From a virus, in IMG/VR virus record IMGVR_UViG_3300043811_000226: a DNA stretch of 64,000 nt, one strand, 5' to 3'. This document shows, in pieces, positions 26,012 through 35,137 of this stretch (position 1 is its first letter; every line of letters starts with the position of its first letter). The translations under genes were made by a program, and so were the position numbers. The notes under the pieces were generated by a model. That model saw only the letters and a list, made by a program, of their open reading frames with translations. It did not search any database and was not told the DNA's origin.

Positions 26012-27004
26012 TCACACTTTGACTGTGCTCGTCCCAGTGCCATTCGCATCGTGTCTCTCACACGATTCTTCCACACTGGGCGCTGCTATGGGAATAGACC
26101 GACCCCCCATCCCCGGTGGTCGCACGGCCGGACAGTTCGGTCTGGAGGCTCGAACTACAACACGCTGAGCGGGGTTCAGTGGGTGCGGCGCGGTGAGAAG
26201 AACAGGGGCAGTTGCCCCCGGTACAGGCGTATTGCCGTACACGTCACTCGCAAGAGGTGCGAAAGCTGGAGGTCTGTACCCCTGCACGCCCACGGGCAGG
26301 TTTGCGCCCGCAGCTTCGATGGGTCCACAGTGTCCACCAACGCGCAAGTTCTGCTCGTTGATGGCCCGAAGCTTCAATCGAATTGACAGCGTGATCTCCT
26401 CGAGGATGTTCTTGCCGAGAGGACTTGCCTGCGACGTCCGATAGAATTGAAAGGGGCAAGTGACCGGCGTGACGTACCACTCGTCGCCGGAATCCGCGAC
26501 GATGATGGAACCTGCAGGAGAAGGAGAACCGATGGCAGGCTGTCGGCCAATCTCAAAGAACCCCGCCTGCATGAGCTGCTCTCTGTGCATCCAGAGTTGT
26601 TCGGCGCACACCCAAGCGATGCGTTCGCACTCGAGTGACACGCGCGAGCTGCAATTGATGACCATCGTTCCAGGCACAAGAACGGACTTCTTCTTCGTGC
26701 CAGTCCGCATGTCGAAGTCGAGCATGTCGTCGAGGCCGAGTGAATAGAACTGCACCGGGCCACGCGTAAAACTGACCGCAGGTCGCTGCCCGATATTCTC
26801 GGCGTGAATCGGGTTCTCGTTGGAGATGTAGATCTCCGTCGAGTTCGAGTCTTCCTCCCAGTGGTAGGCACCAATCGGCGCAGCGGAGAAGAGACCCTGG
26901 AAGAAGCCTACAAATAGAGAGCGAGCGTGCTCGAGGGGCGAGTACTTGAAGCTGTCCTCAGGGAAGGCGCCCGCCGGGTTTGTTGTCGGAACCTTCGAGG
27001 GCAT
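26012..27004 (-). CDS. Putative tail terminator / tail completion protein (330 aa)
   Basis: Position upstream of the sheath; EIYISNENPI...RPAVSFTRGP..INCSSR..LECERIAW; start moved to 27004 (GGAGG). Confidence 0.55.
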   Translation of the reverse strand: MPSKVPTTNPAGAFPEDSFKYSPLEHARSLFVGFFQGLFSAAPIGAYHWEEDSNSTEIYISNENPIHAENIGQRPAVSFTRGPVQFYSLGLDDMLDFDMRTGTKKKSVLVPGTMVINCSSRVSLECERIAWVCAEQLWMHREQLMQAGFFEIGRQPAIGSPSPAGSIIVADSGDEWYVTPVTCPFQFYRTSQASPLGKNILEEITLSIRLKLRAINEQNLRVGGHCGPIEAAGANLPVGVQGYRPPAFAPLASDVYGNTPVPGATAPVLLTAPHPLNPAQRVVVRASRPNCPAVRPPGMGGRSIPIAAPSVEESCERHDANGTGTSTVKV

Positions 27005-27308
27005 TTCGCATCGCCTCCACCTGACGGGCCTGAGCCATATTGTACGCCAGCCCCAGACCCCCACCAAGCATGGGTAGGGCAGCAAGCGTGAGTGCAGGAG
27101 GGATGTCACTCCCCGTGACGTGGCGGTAGGCCTTGTTCGCGAGCTGCCCTGCACCGAAGCCCGCGAGCGTTCCAACCCCCATACCGACAGGAGCTGCCAG
27201 AAGAGTACCTGCCGCACGCAGATTCTTCTTCGCCTCGCCCTCGGCCATCTTGCAGAGTGCCTCGGCTTCTTTGCGCGGCAGGTAAGCGAACAGAGTGGGC
27301 GTGCTCAT
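26958..27308 (-). CDS. Small Gly-zipper putative virion protein (116 aa)
   Basis: KEAE, KMAE; GMGVGTLAGFGAG and GGGLGLAY. Confidence 0.6.
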   Translation of the reverse strand: MSTPTLFAYLPRKEAEALCKMAEGEAKKNLRAAGTLLAAPVGMGVGTLAGFGAGQLANKAYRHVTGSDIPPALTLAALPMLGGGLGLAYNMAQARQVEAMRNALEGSDNKPGGRLP

Positions 27309-28204
27309 TGCTTGGAGTAGGTGGAGGTGTAGAGGCTGAAGATGCTGGGAATCTCCGAGTCCATGAAGGACTCGAGGTTCATCGGGTTGGTGTAGTTCCT
27401 CGACGGGTTCAGCCAGAGGGTCTTGAGCGGCTGGTCGAGATTGATCGGTACGAGGAACTCGATGTCCTTGGGTGGTACTTCGTGCAGTTGTACTTCCTGA
27501 TGCACCACCGCACGCCCTTGCTCGGTCTGGTTGACCTGCACGACACGCCAGCGCCGGTTCTCCGGTTCTACGACGAGATCACGAGGCTTTAGTGGCGGGT
27601 ACCAGACAAGTCGAGCTGTCGTATTCGACTGCTGCTGCGCGCCGACATTGGTGTTCTGCTCGCTCTTGGCCGACGGGTCGAACTGCATCCACGACTCGAT
27701 GGGGGACAAGTAGCCTCGCACGAAGCTCGTGTCGAAGCAGAGCCGGCAGCCCGATTGACGCTTCGTGCGCAACACCGGGTTCCAGCAAGTACAGCGCTGA
27801 CCAAACGTGCGCGCAGGCAGTACCCAGCACCGGCGTCCAGCGAACTCCCGAAAGAGAAGCTGCATGTGTCGCCGGAGCTCAAGGGCGATGAGGTCAGCGT
27901 CAGGGTCTTTGGTGACAGGACCGAAGGTCGCTGTGTCCCCTGTCGGAACACGTGTGATGAGCAGCTGGTAGAAGTACTTGCGCCAGCGGTGCCCTCCCAC
28001 GAGTACGTTGTCGACGAACGTGTAGATGTCCTGGAAGGGTACCGAAACGTTCTCGAACGGGCCGCTCGGTGACTCACTGCGCTGCACCTGGAAGGTGTAG
28101 TCGAGGACGTCCTCGCTCGTGTCATCGAGCTTCCACGACAGCTCGTTGTAATCGACGTCTAGAGAGCGACATCGAAACTCGATGACGTTGAGCGGGACGC
28201 CCAC
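27305..28204 (-). CDS. Putative neck / head-closure protein (299 aa) with FN3-like N-terminus and Cys4 motif
   Basis: LSWK..YTFQVQRSESPSGPF..YTFVD..KYFY; RCTC...CRLC; position in the neck region. Confidence 0.55.
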   Translation of the reverse strand: MGVPLNVIEFRCRSLDVDYNELSWKLDDTSEDVLDYTFQVQRSESPSGPFENVSVPFQDIYTFVDNVLVGGHRWRKYFYQLLITRVPTGDTATFGPVTKDPDADLIALELRRHMQLLFREFAGRRCWVLPARTFGQRCTCWNPVLRTKRQSGCRLCFDTSFVRGYLSPIESWMQFDPSAKSEQNTNVGAQQQSNTTARLVWYPPLKPRDLVVEPENRRWRVVQVNQTEQGRAVVHQEVQLHEVPPKDIEFLVPINLDQPLKTLWLNPSRNYTNPMNLESFMDSEIPSIFSLYTSTYSKQ

Positions 28205-28213
28205 AGCTTCTTC

Positions 28214-29299
28214 TTACGCCGCCCGCAGGCGCCCGAGCATCCCGGTCGGCCGCGTGAAGTCGCCGACGTTGGGGGGCATCATGGGAGAACCTGTGGGCAA
28301 TCGACTTCCGAGGACGGAGGGGTCGGCCATTCCACCCGGTGAGGGTCGGCGGGCACCGGGGGCGCCTCCCCCCATGAGAGTGCCTCCATACCCCTTGGCA
28401 GCTTGTCCCAGGGACTGGCCGCCCATCACACGTCCACCGATGCCGCCCGCAGCGTGCCCGAGCGCGGCGCCGCCGAGGGCCCCACTGAGACGGTGCCCTT
28501 CGCCCCCAGCAAGCGCTCCACCGGCCGCACCGAGCGCGGCGCCGGCCATCGCAGGGTTCTTCGCAGCAAAGCCGAGTGCCTTCTGAGCAAGTGGCGCCGC
28601 AGATGCCAGCATCCCCCCAAGACCCGCGGCCTGTTTGGCCATCACCGCACCGGCGTGCCCGCCGTACATACGCAGCAGCTCGACGTGCGCCGCCTTGTCG
28701 AAATCCTGCCGCGCGAGCTCGCGCCCAAGGTTGTCGGCGAAGGCGATCTTCTCCTGTGGAGTCCCGCTGAGCACGGCCGCGGCCGATTTGGCGACACCGC
28801 CCCCGAGACCCTGGCTGTCGTCCTGCACACCCTCCGCAGGCACCGGCCCGGGAGCCCCGGCTCCTTGCGCAGGAGTGTCTGCGGTCGCGCCGAGCTCCGC
28901 CTTGAACTTCTCCAGCTCGAGCAGGCGCTTCTTCATGCGGATCTGGTCCTTCATGTCGTAGAAGTTGTCGTCGAGCTTGTTCTGCTGACGGCGCTCCTGG
29001 CGCTTCTGTATGTCGGTCATCTCGGCCTGCAGCTCCTCCTGCTCGAGGGCGATGGCTTGGTCGAGAAACGGCGTGCCCTTGAACTGGTCGAGCCAGGTCT
29101 TGGGAGTGCCGTCGGACTTGCATTCGTCCATGTACGCCGCCTTCTCGAGGTGCGGCCAGAGGCGCGCGACGGGCGTGCCATCGGCCAGCTTGCGCAGCTC
29201 CTCGGCCGGCAGCTTCTCGAGCAGGGACATGACCTCGACCGTGCTCTCCTTGCGGAGCTGCTCCTCGTAGGCGACCTTCAGAAATTCGTTCAGCATCAC
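28214..29299 (-). CDS. Putative internal head protein (361 aa): K-x-A motifs plus C-terminal glycine zipper
   Basis: KVAY, KLAD, KAAY, KSAA, KIAF, KAAH, KQAA; GAALGAAGGALAGG..GALGGAALG. Confidence 0.7.
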   Translation of the reverse strand: MMLNEFLKVAYEEQLRKESTVEVMSLLEKLPAEELRKLADGTPVARLWPHLEKAAYMDECKSDGTPKTWLDQFKGTPFLDQAIALEQEELQAEMTDIQKRQERRQQNKLDDNFYDMKDQIRMKKRLLELEKFKAELGATADTPAQGAGAPGPVPAEGVQDDSQGLGGGVAKSAAAVLSGTPQEKIAFADNLGRELARQDFDKAAHVELLRMYGGHAGAVMAKQAAGLGGMLASAAPLAQKALGFAAKNPAMAGAALGAAGGALAGGEGHRLSGALGGAALGHAAGGIGGRVMGGQSLGQAAKGYGGTLMGGGAPGARRPSPGGMADPSVLGSRLPTGSPMMPPNVGDFTRPTGMLGRLRAA

Positions 29300-30969
29300 G
29301 CGGCTCCACGTTGTTGGATGATCGTCTTGATGTCGCTGCCGATGCCCTTGAGGTGCTCGGCTTTGTTCTTCGCCGAAGCGACGAGACTGGGGCCCATCTG
29401 CGCTCCCGAGATCCCGCCGCCCAGCGCACCCATCCCTATCATCGCAGCTGGGTGCTTCTCAGCAAACTCCCCGATGGTGAGCCGCGCGCGGCGCTGGGCG
29501 AGACCGAGGGTGTCCTTGTAGTTTCGGTTGGGGTTCGCCTCGAGCGCAGAGATCTCCCCACGGAGGGGTTCGTTGCTGGTGAAGGCCTCGCCGGCGCCCA
29601 GGCCCGCGCCGAGCGCGGCGCCCACAGCAGCATGCGGCAGGCGTGCGACGGCGCCGGGCGGGAGAAGGTCCCGCAACGATGCCGTCTTACCGACGAAAGG
29701 GCGGGAGGCCGATGCCAAGACCTCCTTGTTCGGAGTCTTCGCGTCCCCGCTCGGCTCCTTCTGGTTCATGGAGGTCGTCGAGCTCGCACCCTCGAAGGTC
29801 GGCTCGTTCTTCGACGCCGGAGTGGATACAGTGTCGTCTCCTTCCGGAGCCATTCCCGCCGGGGGGACACCGGGGTTCGGCGCGGCGCCGGCGGGACCAG
29901 CGGTGGGCGCCGGCGCACTGCTCGGACCGGCGGCCTGGCTCGCTGCGGCGTTGGCGGCGTCGGTCGCCGGCGTGGGGGTGAGCGAGGGGGGCTCCTGCGA
30001 AGCGGCCTCGAGGAGAGTACCCCGGAGCTGCTGGAACGCCATGCGCATCGCCGCGGCAGCCTGCTGCTGCTGGAGCACCTGATCCTGCGCCGTCATGGCC
30101 TTCTGCGTCGCATCGGCGACCTGCGCTTGGTACTGCACCGACTGCTGCTCGCTCATCTCCTGCTGCTGCTGGAGGTCCTGCGTCTGCTGAACGGCAGCCT
30201 GCGACTCCTGCCGGAGCGCCTCGAGCTGCTGGCGCAGGTACGCCGATTCGCTCTGCTCGGCCGCCTGATCGCCCGCCATCTGCATGGCCAGGAACTGCTG
30301 GGTTGCTGGGTCGAGGAGGGGCTCGATGCCCTGGGGCTGTGGTGTGGCCGGGGCAGGCGCCCCTGCCTCTGCCGGCGAGGGGGCCTGCGCGGGAGGCGCC
30401 TGGATCATCCCCGCATCGAGCAGAGCGAGCTTGAACGCCGACGCGGCCTTCTCGTACATCTTTCGATCGTGGCCGGCGCCGAGGTGCTTGCCGACCTGGC
30501 CGCCGAGGTGTTCCCCCAACGCCGCGCCACCGAGGGTCGCAACGGGGTTGCCCTTGCCGTAGCGGTGCATCGCCGCGGCGCCCGCGGCGCCCCCGAGGAG
30601 CTTGCCGACGAGGCCTCCCCGGCCCTCCCCCGTGTGGTGTTTCTCTTTCTCGAACTCGGCGCTGAGCGAGGCATGCGCACGCTCCTTGCCGGTCTCCGAG
30701 GGAGACTTGTCCCCTGCCGCCATCTTCATCCCTGGCGAGGACTGCTGCCCCAGCGCAGTCGGGGGGAGTGCGGGAGGAGGCTGGGCGCGCATGTTCTGTC
30801 CGCGCGCGGTCGGAGGCATTGCTGCCGGAGAAGTCATGGGCATCGCCCCCGCGGCGCCGCCAGCGAGGGGCATGGCGTTGGCCTCCTTGTCCTTGCCGCG
30901 GATGCGGATGAAAAAGTCCGCCGCCTCCGCACGAGGGATGCCACGAAGCAGGTGCTGTTCGAAGTTCAT
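29296..30969 (-). CDS. Putative internal head protein (557 aa): glycine zippers, Gln-rich coiled coil, Pro/Ala linkers
   Basis: KEAN, KMAA, KAAS, KTAS; two GxxxG-rich blocks; QQQQ-rich helix; start moved to 30969 (GGAG). Confidence 0.7.
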   Translation of the reverse strand: MNFEQHLLRGIPRAEAADFFIRIRGKDKEANAMPLAGGAAGAMPMTSPAAMPPTARGQNMRAQPPPALPPTALGQQSSPGMKMAAGDKSPSETGKERAHASLSAEFEKEKHHTGEGRGGLVGKLLGGAAGAAAMHRYGKGNPVATLGGAALGEHLGGQVGKHLGAGHDRKMYEKAASAFKLALLDAGMIQAPPAQAPSPAEAGAPAPATPQPQGIEPLLDPATQQFLAMQMAGDQAAEQSESAYLRQQLEALRQESQAAVQQTQDLQQQQEMSEQQSVQYQAQVADATQKAMTAQDQVLQQQQAAAAMRMAFQQLRGTLLEAASQEPPSLTPTPATDAANAAASQAAGPSSAPAPTAGPAGAAPNPGVPPAGMAPEGDDTVSTPASKNEPTFEGASSTTSMNQKEPSGDAKTPNKEVLASASRPFVGKTASLRDLLPPGAVARLPHAAVGAALGAGLGAGEAFTSNEPLRGEISALEANPNRNYKDTLGLAQRRARLTIGEFAEKHPAAMIGMGALGGGISGAQMGPSLVASAKNKAEHLKGIGSDIKTIIQQRGAA

Positions 30970-30977
30970 CGTGGCTC

Positions 30978-31856
30978 CTACTCGTAGGTGTAGACCGCGT
31001 GCATGTTGTCGTTGCCAGAGTACGCCCACGTCCAGCAGGGCGCTGTAGGCGTCACTTCGGCCGGCGTGTAGAACTTGCCGACCGTGTCGTTCAGCAGGTC
31101 GAAGCCGAGCAAGGTGTTGGCCGTGTTCGTTGCAGCGCCTGTGACAACCGTAGTCGCTGCAGGTAGACCCAGGATGCCGAGAAGACCGCTCGTACCCGAG
31201 ACAACCTCGATGCTCGCAGTCCCACCCTGGTCGCTGGATTGCAGGACGAGCTGGTTGAAGCCATTGATGCTCGCCGTGATGCCACCCGCCACAGTGACTG
31301 CATTGATCTGCGTGACGATGGCGCCCTGATTCGCGGGAGCGGCAAAGGTCACAACCAGGTTGCTCCCACCGTCGTGCTTGAGAGTCAGAACAAGACCGTC
31401 GACCGAGCCACCGCTTCCATACGAGAGCGTGCGCAAGTCGACCGTGCCCACCACGGTGGCGTAGCCTCCCACAGAGCCGCCCTTGAGCACCACTCCGCCC
31501 GACGGAGTCGCCTCGCGGATGATCAAGGCGCCGTCGAACATGTTGACCAAGGTGCCTGCGATGTTCGCTTCGATCTGCGCCTTGATGTCCTTGAAGAGCA
31601 GCGTGTACGGGTCGGGGTTGGTGCCTGGCGGCGCGGCACTGCCACCCGCTCCGTCAGCGCGCACGAAGGTCACGCTGGCTGCCGTGGGCAGCGAGAAGGT
31701 GAGCGTTGTACCAACCAAGCCGTTCACCCCTGCGCCGATGTTGGCAGGAGTCCCTCCCCCTTGCGCGCTCTTCAGAACGCTGCCCTGAATCCCGCCGTTG
31801 AGGAAGTTCTGCACTTCGTCGATGGTGCGAAACTTCCGGAGCTTGTTGATGGCCAT
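30978..31856 (-). CDS. Virion structural protein (292 aa) carrying a sheath-like repeat domain
   Basis: VVGTVDLRTLSYG..DGLVLTL..VVTF..IVTQINA..LVLQS..ASIEVVSG resembles the sheath inserts. Confidence 0.7.
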   Translation of the reverse strand: MAINKLRKFRTIDEVQNFLNGGIQGSVLKSAQGGGTPANIGAGVNGLVGTTLTFSLPTAASVTFVRADGAGGSAAPPGTNPDPYTLLFKDIKAQIEANIAGTLVNMFDGALIIREATPSGGVVLKGGSVGGYATVVGTVDLRTLSYGSGGSVDGLVLTLKHDGGSNLVVTFAAPANQGAIVTQINAVTVAGGITASINGFNQLVLQSSDQGGTASIEVVSGTSGLLGILGLPAATTVVTGAATNTANTLLGFDLLNDTVGKFYTPAEVTPTAPCWTWAYSGNDNMHAVYTYE

Positions 31857-31866
31857 CTTCTCTTCC

Positions 31867-32364
31867 TCAGTAGGCTGCGTAGGTCGCGTTCACGGCCCAA
31901 AGCTCCGAGTGCACACCGGAGTTGCTCGGACCAAGGATGCCCTCGATGTTGATGGCCACCTTCACACGCTGCTTCATCTGCTCGGTGAAGGCCTTGAAGT
32001 ACTGCAGCCAGTTCATGAGCATCGGGGTCTTGTCGTTCACCCCCACGTTGATGCCGCCGTTCGAGTAGTTGATGTGGTTGCGCGTCTGGAGCAACCCAAC
32101 CGACTCGATGAGGGAGATGGTGGCCATCCGCAAGATGAGCGCATGCTGGTTTCGCTGAAGAATGTCCTCGAGCGTGAACGACGTGAAGTGTGGCGTCCCG
32201 TTGAAGTCCGCCATCGCGTCGTAGACGGCCCAGGCGATTTGCCGGTCGCTCGACTCCTCGCCGGCGACGATGCGATTGAGCTCAGGGAAGTCCCGATGGT
32301 AGAGCCGGACCAACTGGACGAAGTCCCGGAAGGTCTGGCTCATGTTCGGGATGCCCTGGAGCAT
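31867..32364 (-). CDS. Head-tail adaptor (neck 1)-like protein (165 aa)
   Basis: Helical protein downstream of the major capsid gene; VRLYHRD.PELN...SDRQI.WA..DFNGTP. Confidence 0.6.
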   Translation of the reverse strand: MLQGIPNMSQTFRDFVQLVRLYHRDFPELNRIVAGEESSDRQIAWAVYDAMADFNGTPHFTSFTLEDILQRNQHALILRMATISLIESVGLLQTRNHINYSNGGINVGVNDKTPMLMNWLQYFKAFTEQMKQRVKVAINIEGILGPSNSGVHSELWAVNATYAAY

Positions 32365-32367
32365 GGA

Positions 32368-32688
32368 TCAGCCTCCGAACGACTTCCTGCGCACCCCCGG
32401 AGACGTGGTCGGCTCGGTGAGCTTGGGTGGAAGGGAAGGCGGGCGTGCCGCCTTCACCTCGAGCGCCTTCTTCCTGGCCAGGTAGGCCGGTGGCAGCTCG
32501 TTGGCTGACAGCGCGCCGAGGCCGACGAGCCGCTGCAGCTCCGTACGTAGCGCGCTCTCTTTCTCGGAGGGCAGGTCACCCGAGTCACCAGGCCCGAGCA
32601 GGAGCGCTCCCACGGCGAAGGTGTGGTTGACCATGCCGTGCTGCTTGAGCACCGGCGTCTCGACGTCCGTCAGGTTGAAGACCTTCAT
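32368..32688 (-). CDS. Small head-region protein (106 aa)
   Basis: AGGAG upstream; coupled gene. Confidence 0.7.
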   Translation of the reverse strand: MKVFNLTDVETPVLKQHGMVNHTFAVGALLLGPGDSGDLPSEKESALRTELQRLVGLGALSANELPPAYLARKKALEVKAARPPSLPPKLTEPTTSPGVRRKSFGG

Positions 32689-33305
32689 CGCCTGTTTCTC
32701 CTACCCTTGCGGGGCTGACCCTCAGAGGATACTTGTTCCTGGGCAGAAGGAGCAGAGCCCTCCACTTCTCCCCCCTCTTCACCATCGGCCTGCGCCGCAG
32801 CAAGGGCCTCCTCGAGCTCGGCGTCGGTATCGACCGCCTGCGAGGGAGGAACCGGTACGTCGGGTGTGTCGTCGATGGCCTTCTGCTCGGCGGCGTCGGT
32901 CAGAAGGGAAGGCTTCTGCCCGGGAGGCATGACCTGTGGCATGGCCGTGTCGTCACCGACGTAGGGCGGGATGTACTGACCTACCTGCTTGTCGTCGGCG
33001 ACCGAGTCGAGCTTCGGGTGGGGGAGCAGCGGCGTGGGCGCGGCGGGTCCTGGTTCGAGGGTCGCGAGGTCGACGACGCGACCGTCCATCATGCGCACCT
33101 CGAGGATGTGAAGGGCCGCCTTGCTCCGAAAGTCCTCGAGGTTCCGGCGGAGCATGTCCTCCGTGATGATCAGAGGGCGGCCTGGCATGAGGCGCACCTG
33201 CTCGGTGCCGAGGTAGTGCTTCTTGCGAAGGGCCGCCGGCAGCTGCGCTCGGTGGGTGCGGTGTGCCGCGGCGCGCACAACGCTGTGGACTGCGTACTGG
33301 GTCAT
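32685..33305 (-). CDS. Head-region protein with acidic/Pro-rich tail (206 aa)
   Basis: GGAGG before the ATG at 33305. Confidence 0.7.
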   Translation of the reverse strand: MTQYAVHSVVRAAAHRTHRAQLPAALRKKHYLGTEQVRLMPGRPLIITEDMLRRNLEDFRSKAALHILEVRMMDGRVVDLATLEPGPAAPTPLLPHPKLDSVADDKQVGQYIPPYVGDDTAMPQVMPPGQKPSLLTDAAEQKAIDDTPDVPVPPSQAVDTDAELEEALAAAQADGEEGGEVEGSAPSAQEQVSSEGQPRKGRRNRR

Positions 33306-33322
33306 GGGGTGTCCTCCAAACG

Positions 33323-33360
33323 GAACGGGCGCCGGCACCGATCCGGCACCGACGCCCGCT
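33323..33360 (-). terminator. Long GC-rich hairpin after the major capsid gene (possible attenuator or mRNA stabiliser)
   Basis: GGGCGTCGGTGCC/GGTGCCGGCGCCC, 13 bp with G-U pairs; only a weak U-tract follows. Confidence 0.4.
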
Positions 33361-33391
33361 CATCTTCGCGCAGAACTGGGGCGGCGTCGCC

Positions 33392-34516
33392 TTAGAACTG
33401 CGTGACGTTCGGGAACTTGAGACCGGCGTCGACTTTGTTATTCGGCGTGCCGAGCGAGTCCTCGGACACCGGCACGAAGTTCGTGAGCAGGCTGTCGGCG
33501 TTCGTGGTCGGGTTCGCGTCCGCCGAGTACAGCTCGAGCTTGCGCACCGAGGCGATGTTGATGACCGCCATCGCGATGTCCTCCCAGGCCTGGAAGGTGA
33601 TGATGTTCGCGATCTTGTCGATGTAGAACTTCGTGTTGTTCAGGACGTAGAACTTCCCGAAGAACTCCGGCTTCGTGAAGACGTACACGTTGCCGGGACG
33701 CAGGATGTCCGTCTTGACGGTACGGATGTACGCACGCCCGAAGAGGGTGTTGTACTTGTACCCGTCGACCGCCGTCTCCGACTGGAGACGGTCGCCGAAG
33801 TCCTCGAGCGTCCACTGGAGGATGTCGTCCCAGTCGACCTCCGTCATCAGCAGGCGTTCGCTGCGCAGGCGGTTGCCGTCGAGCAGCTTGAAGAGGTTGA
33901 TGACGTCGGGCCGCTGGACGGGGCGGACCGTCGCATCGTTGGTGCTGGCCGCACGCGCGAGCTCGCCCTTGCGGATCGAGAACTCGACGACGCCGGGTCC
34001 TTGGATCTGCGAGGTGTTGAGCGGGGTCGCGACGCCGCCATTCGCCTGCAGCTGCAGGGCCTGAACCGAGGCCTCGATGTTCACCGTGAACTCGCGGTCC
34101 TCGACCTCCTGGATGTCCTTCACCGAGTTCTCCTCGATGATCTTGGTGATGGGCATCTCGTAGGCGAGAAGCTCCTGCTCCGTCTTCTGGAAGATCTCCG
34201 AGCTGACGGTGTAGAAGCCGACCTCTGCCTTCGAGCCGCGGATGAACCGCGCCGTCGGGCTGCCTCGGAAGGTCATGGTGAGCGCGCGGGACTGCGGCTC
34301 GACGTCCACGATCTTCACGAGTGTGTCGTGGTTGACCGACCGCTGGCAGTCACTGCGCGTGACTTGCTCCGGCGGGATCACCTTTCGGGCGTAGGAGACC
34401 TCGCGCAGTCGGTCGCGGATGTACGAGCCACCGTACTCCGCCATCTTCTCTTTGCCCTCGGACGAACCGAGCTTCTGCGTGAAAAGCTCGTTGAGTACCC
34501 TTGCCGGAACGCTCAT
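33392..34516 (-). CDS. Major capsid protein (374 aa, HK97-like fold inferred)
   Basis: Position after protease, scaffold-like and decoration genes. IRDRLREVSYARKVIPP, EIFQKTEQELLAY, KDIQEVEDREF, YIRTVKTDIL, AWEDIAMAVINIASV. Strong SD GAGAGGAG. Confidence 0.8.
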   Translation of the reverse strand: MSVPARVLNELFTQKLGSSEGKEKMAEYGGSYIRDRLREVSYARKVIPPEQVTRSDCQRSVNHDTLVKIVDVEPQSRALTMTFRGSPTARFIRGSKAEVGFYTVSSEIFQKTEQELLAYEMPITKIIEENSVKDIQEVEDREFTVNIEASVQALQLQANGGVATPLNTSQIQGPGVVEFSIRKGELARAASTNDATVRPVQRPDVINLFKLLDGNRLRSERLLMTEVDWDDILQWTLEDFGDRLQSETAVDGYKYNTLFGRAYIRTVKTDILRPGNVYVFTKPEFFGKFYVLNNTKFYIDKIANIITFQAWEDIAMAVINIASVRKLELYSADANPTTNADSLLTNFVPVSEDSLGTPNNKVDAGLKFPNVTQF

Positions 34517-34547
34517 GGTCTTCTCCTCTCTTTTCCTGTCGTTCCGG

Positions 34548-35096
34548 TTACGAGCGCCAGCCCGAGATGAACCGGAGCTGCCCACCGTTGTTGGTGGACA
34601 AGCGAGTGACGTAGCCGACGACCGGGTCGGTGTCGGAACCCGAGAGGGCGCCGTGACCGACCAGGCCCGTGAAGTTGCGACCGCCGAACGTGATGGTGGC
34701 GATCTTCAGCGGCTGCATGACGGCCGTGATGGCCGCGCCACCATGGACGACTGCCGACGCGTCGAAGATGCGGGTGTCGCACTCGTAGTCGCCGCGCCAC
34801 AGGATGGGCATCTTGGGAGAGGAGAGGGCCTGCACGTCGTAGCGACCACGCTCGGCGAAGAGCGGGAAGCTGCGGGGCGGGAAGGCGGCGCCCGCGGGCT
34901 GGTAGGCGCCGACGGACGTGATGTCCGATGCCCGGACGATCTGGTAGGAGGAGTTGAGCGTCATCCACTCGCCATCGACCAGTGCGACGGCGTTGAGTGG
35001 ATTCGCCAGCGTGGGGTCAGAGAGGGGAAAGTCCCTGCGCTGAACCGGGAGGATGTCCGAGATGGGCGTGAAGTTGATCTTCTGCAGAGTCGACAT
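34548..35096 (-). CDS. Putative capsid decoration / cement protein (182 aa)
   Basis: Immediately upstream of the major capsid gene; beta-rich; AGGAG upstream. Confidence 0.5.
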   Translation of the reverse strand: MSTLQKINFTPISDILPVQRRDFPLSDPTLANPLNAVALVDGEWMTLNSSYQIVRASDITSVGAYQPAGAAFPPRSFPLFAERGRYDVQALSSPKMPILWRGDYECDTRIFDASAVVHGGAAITAVMQPLKIATITFGGRNFTGLVGHGALSGSDTDPVVGYVTRLSTNNGGQLRFISGWRS

Positions 35097-35137
35097 GGCC
35101 TAGTTTCTCCTATCCGTTGGTCGTTGGTCGGAGCGGT

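Noticed and set aside
22694-26386. 1230-aa plus-strand ORF, and similar long ones at 35508-37937, 45647-47758 and 29311-30987
   Set aside because: Antisense shadows of real minus-strand genes; Arg-rich, motif-free translations typical of GC-rich DNA
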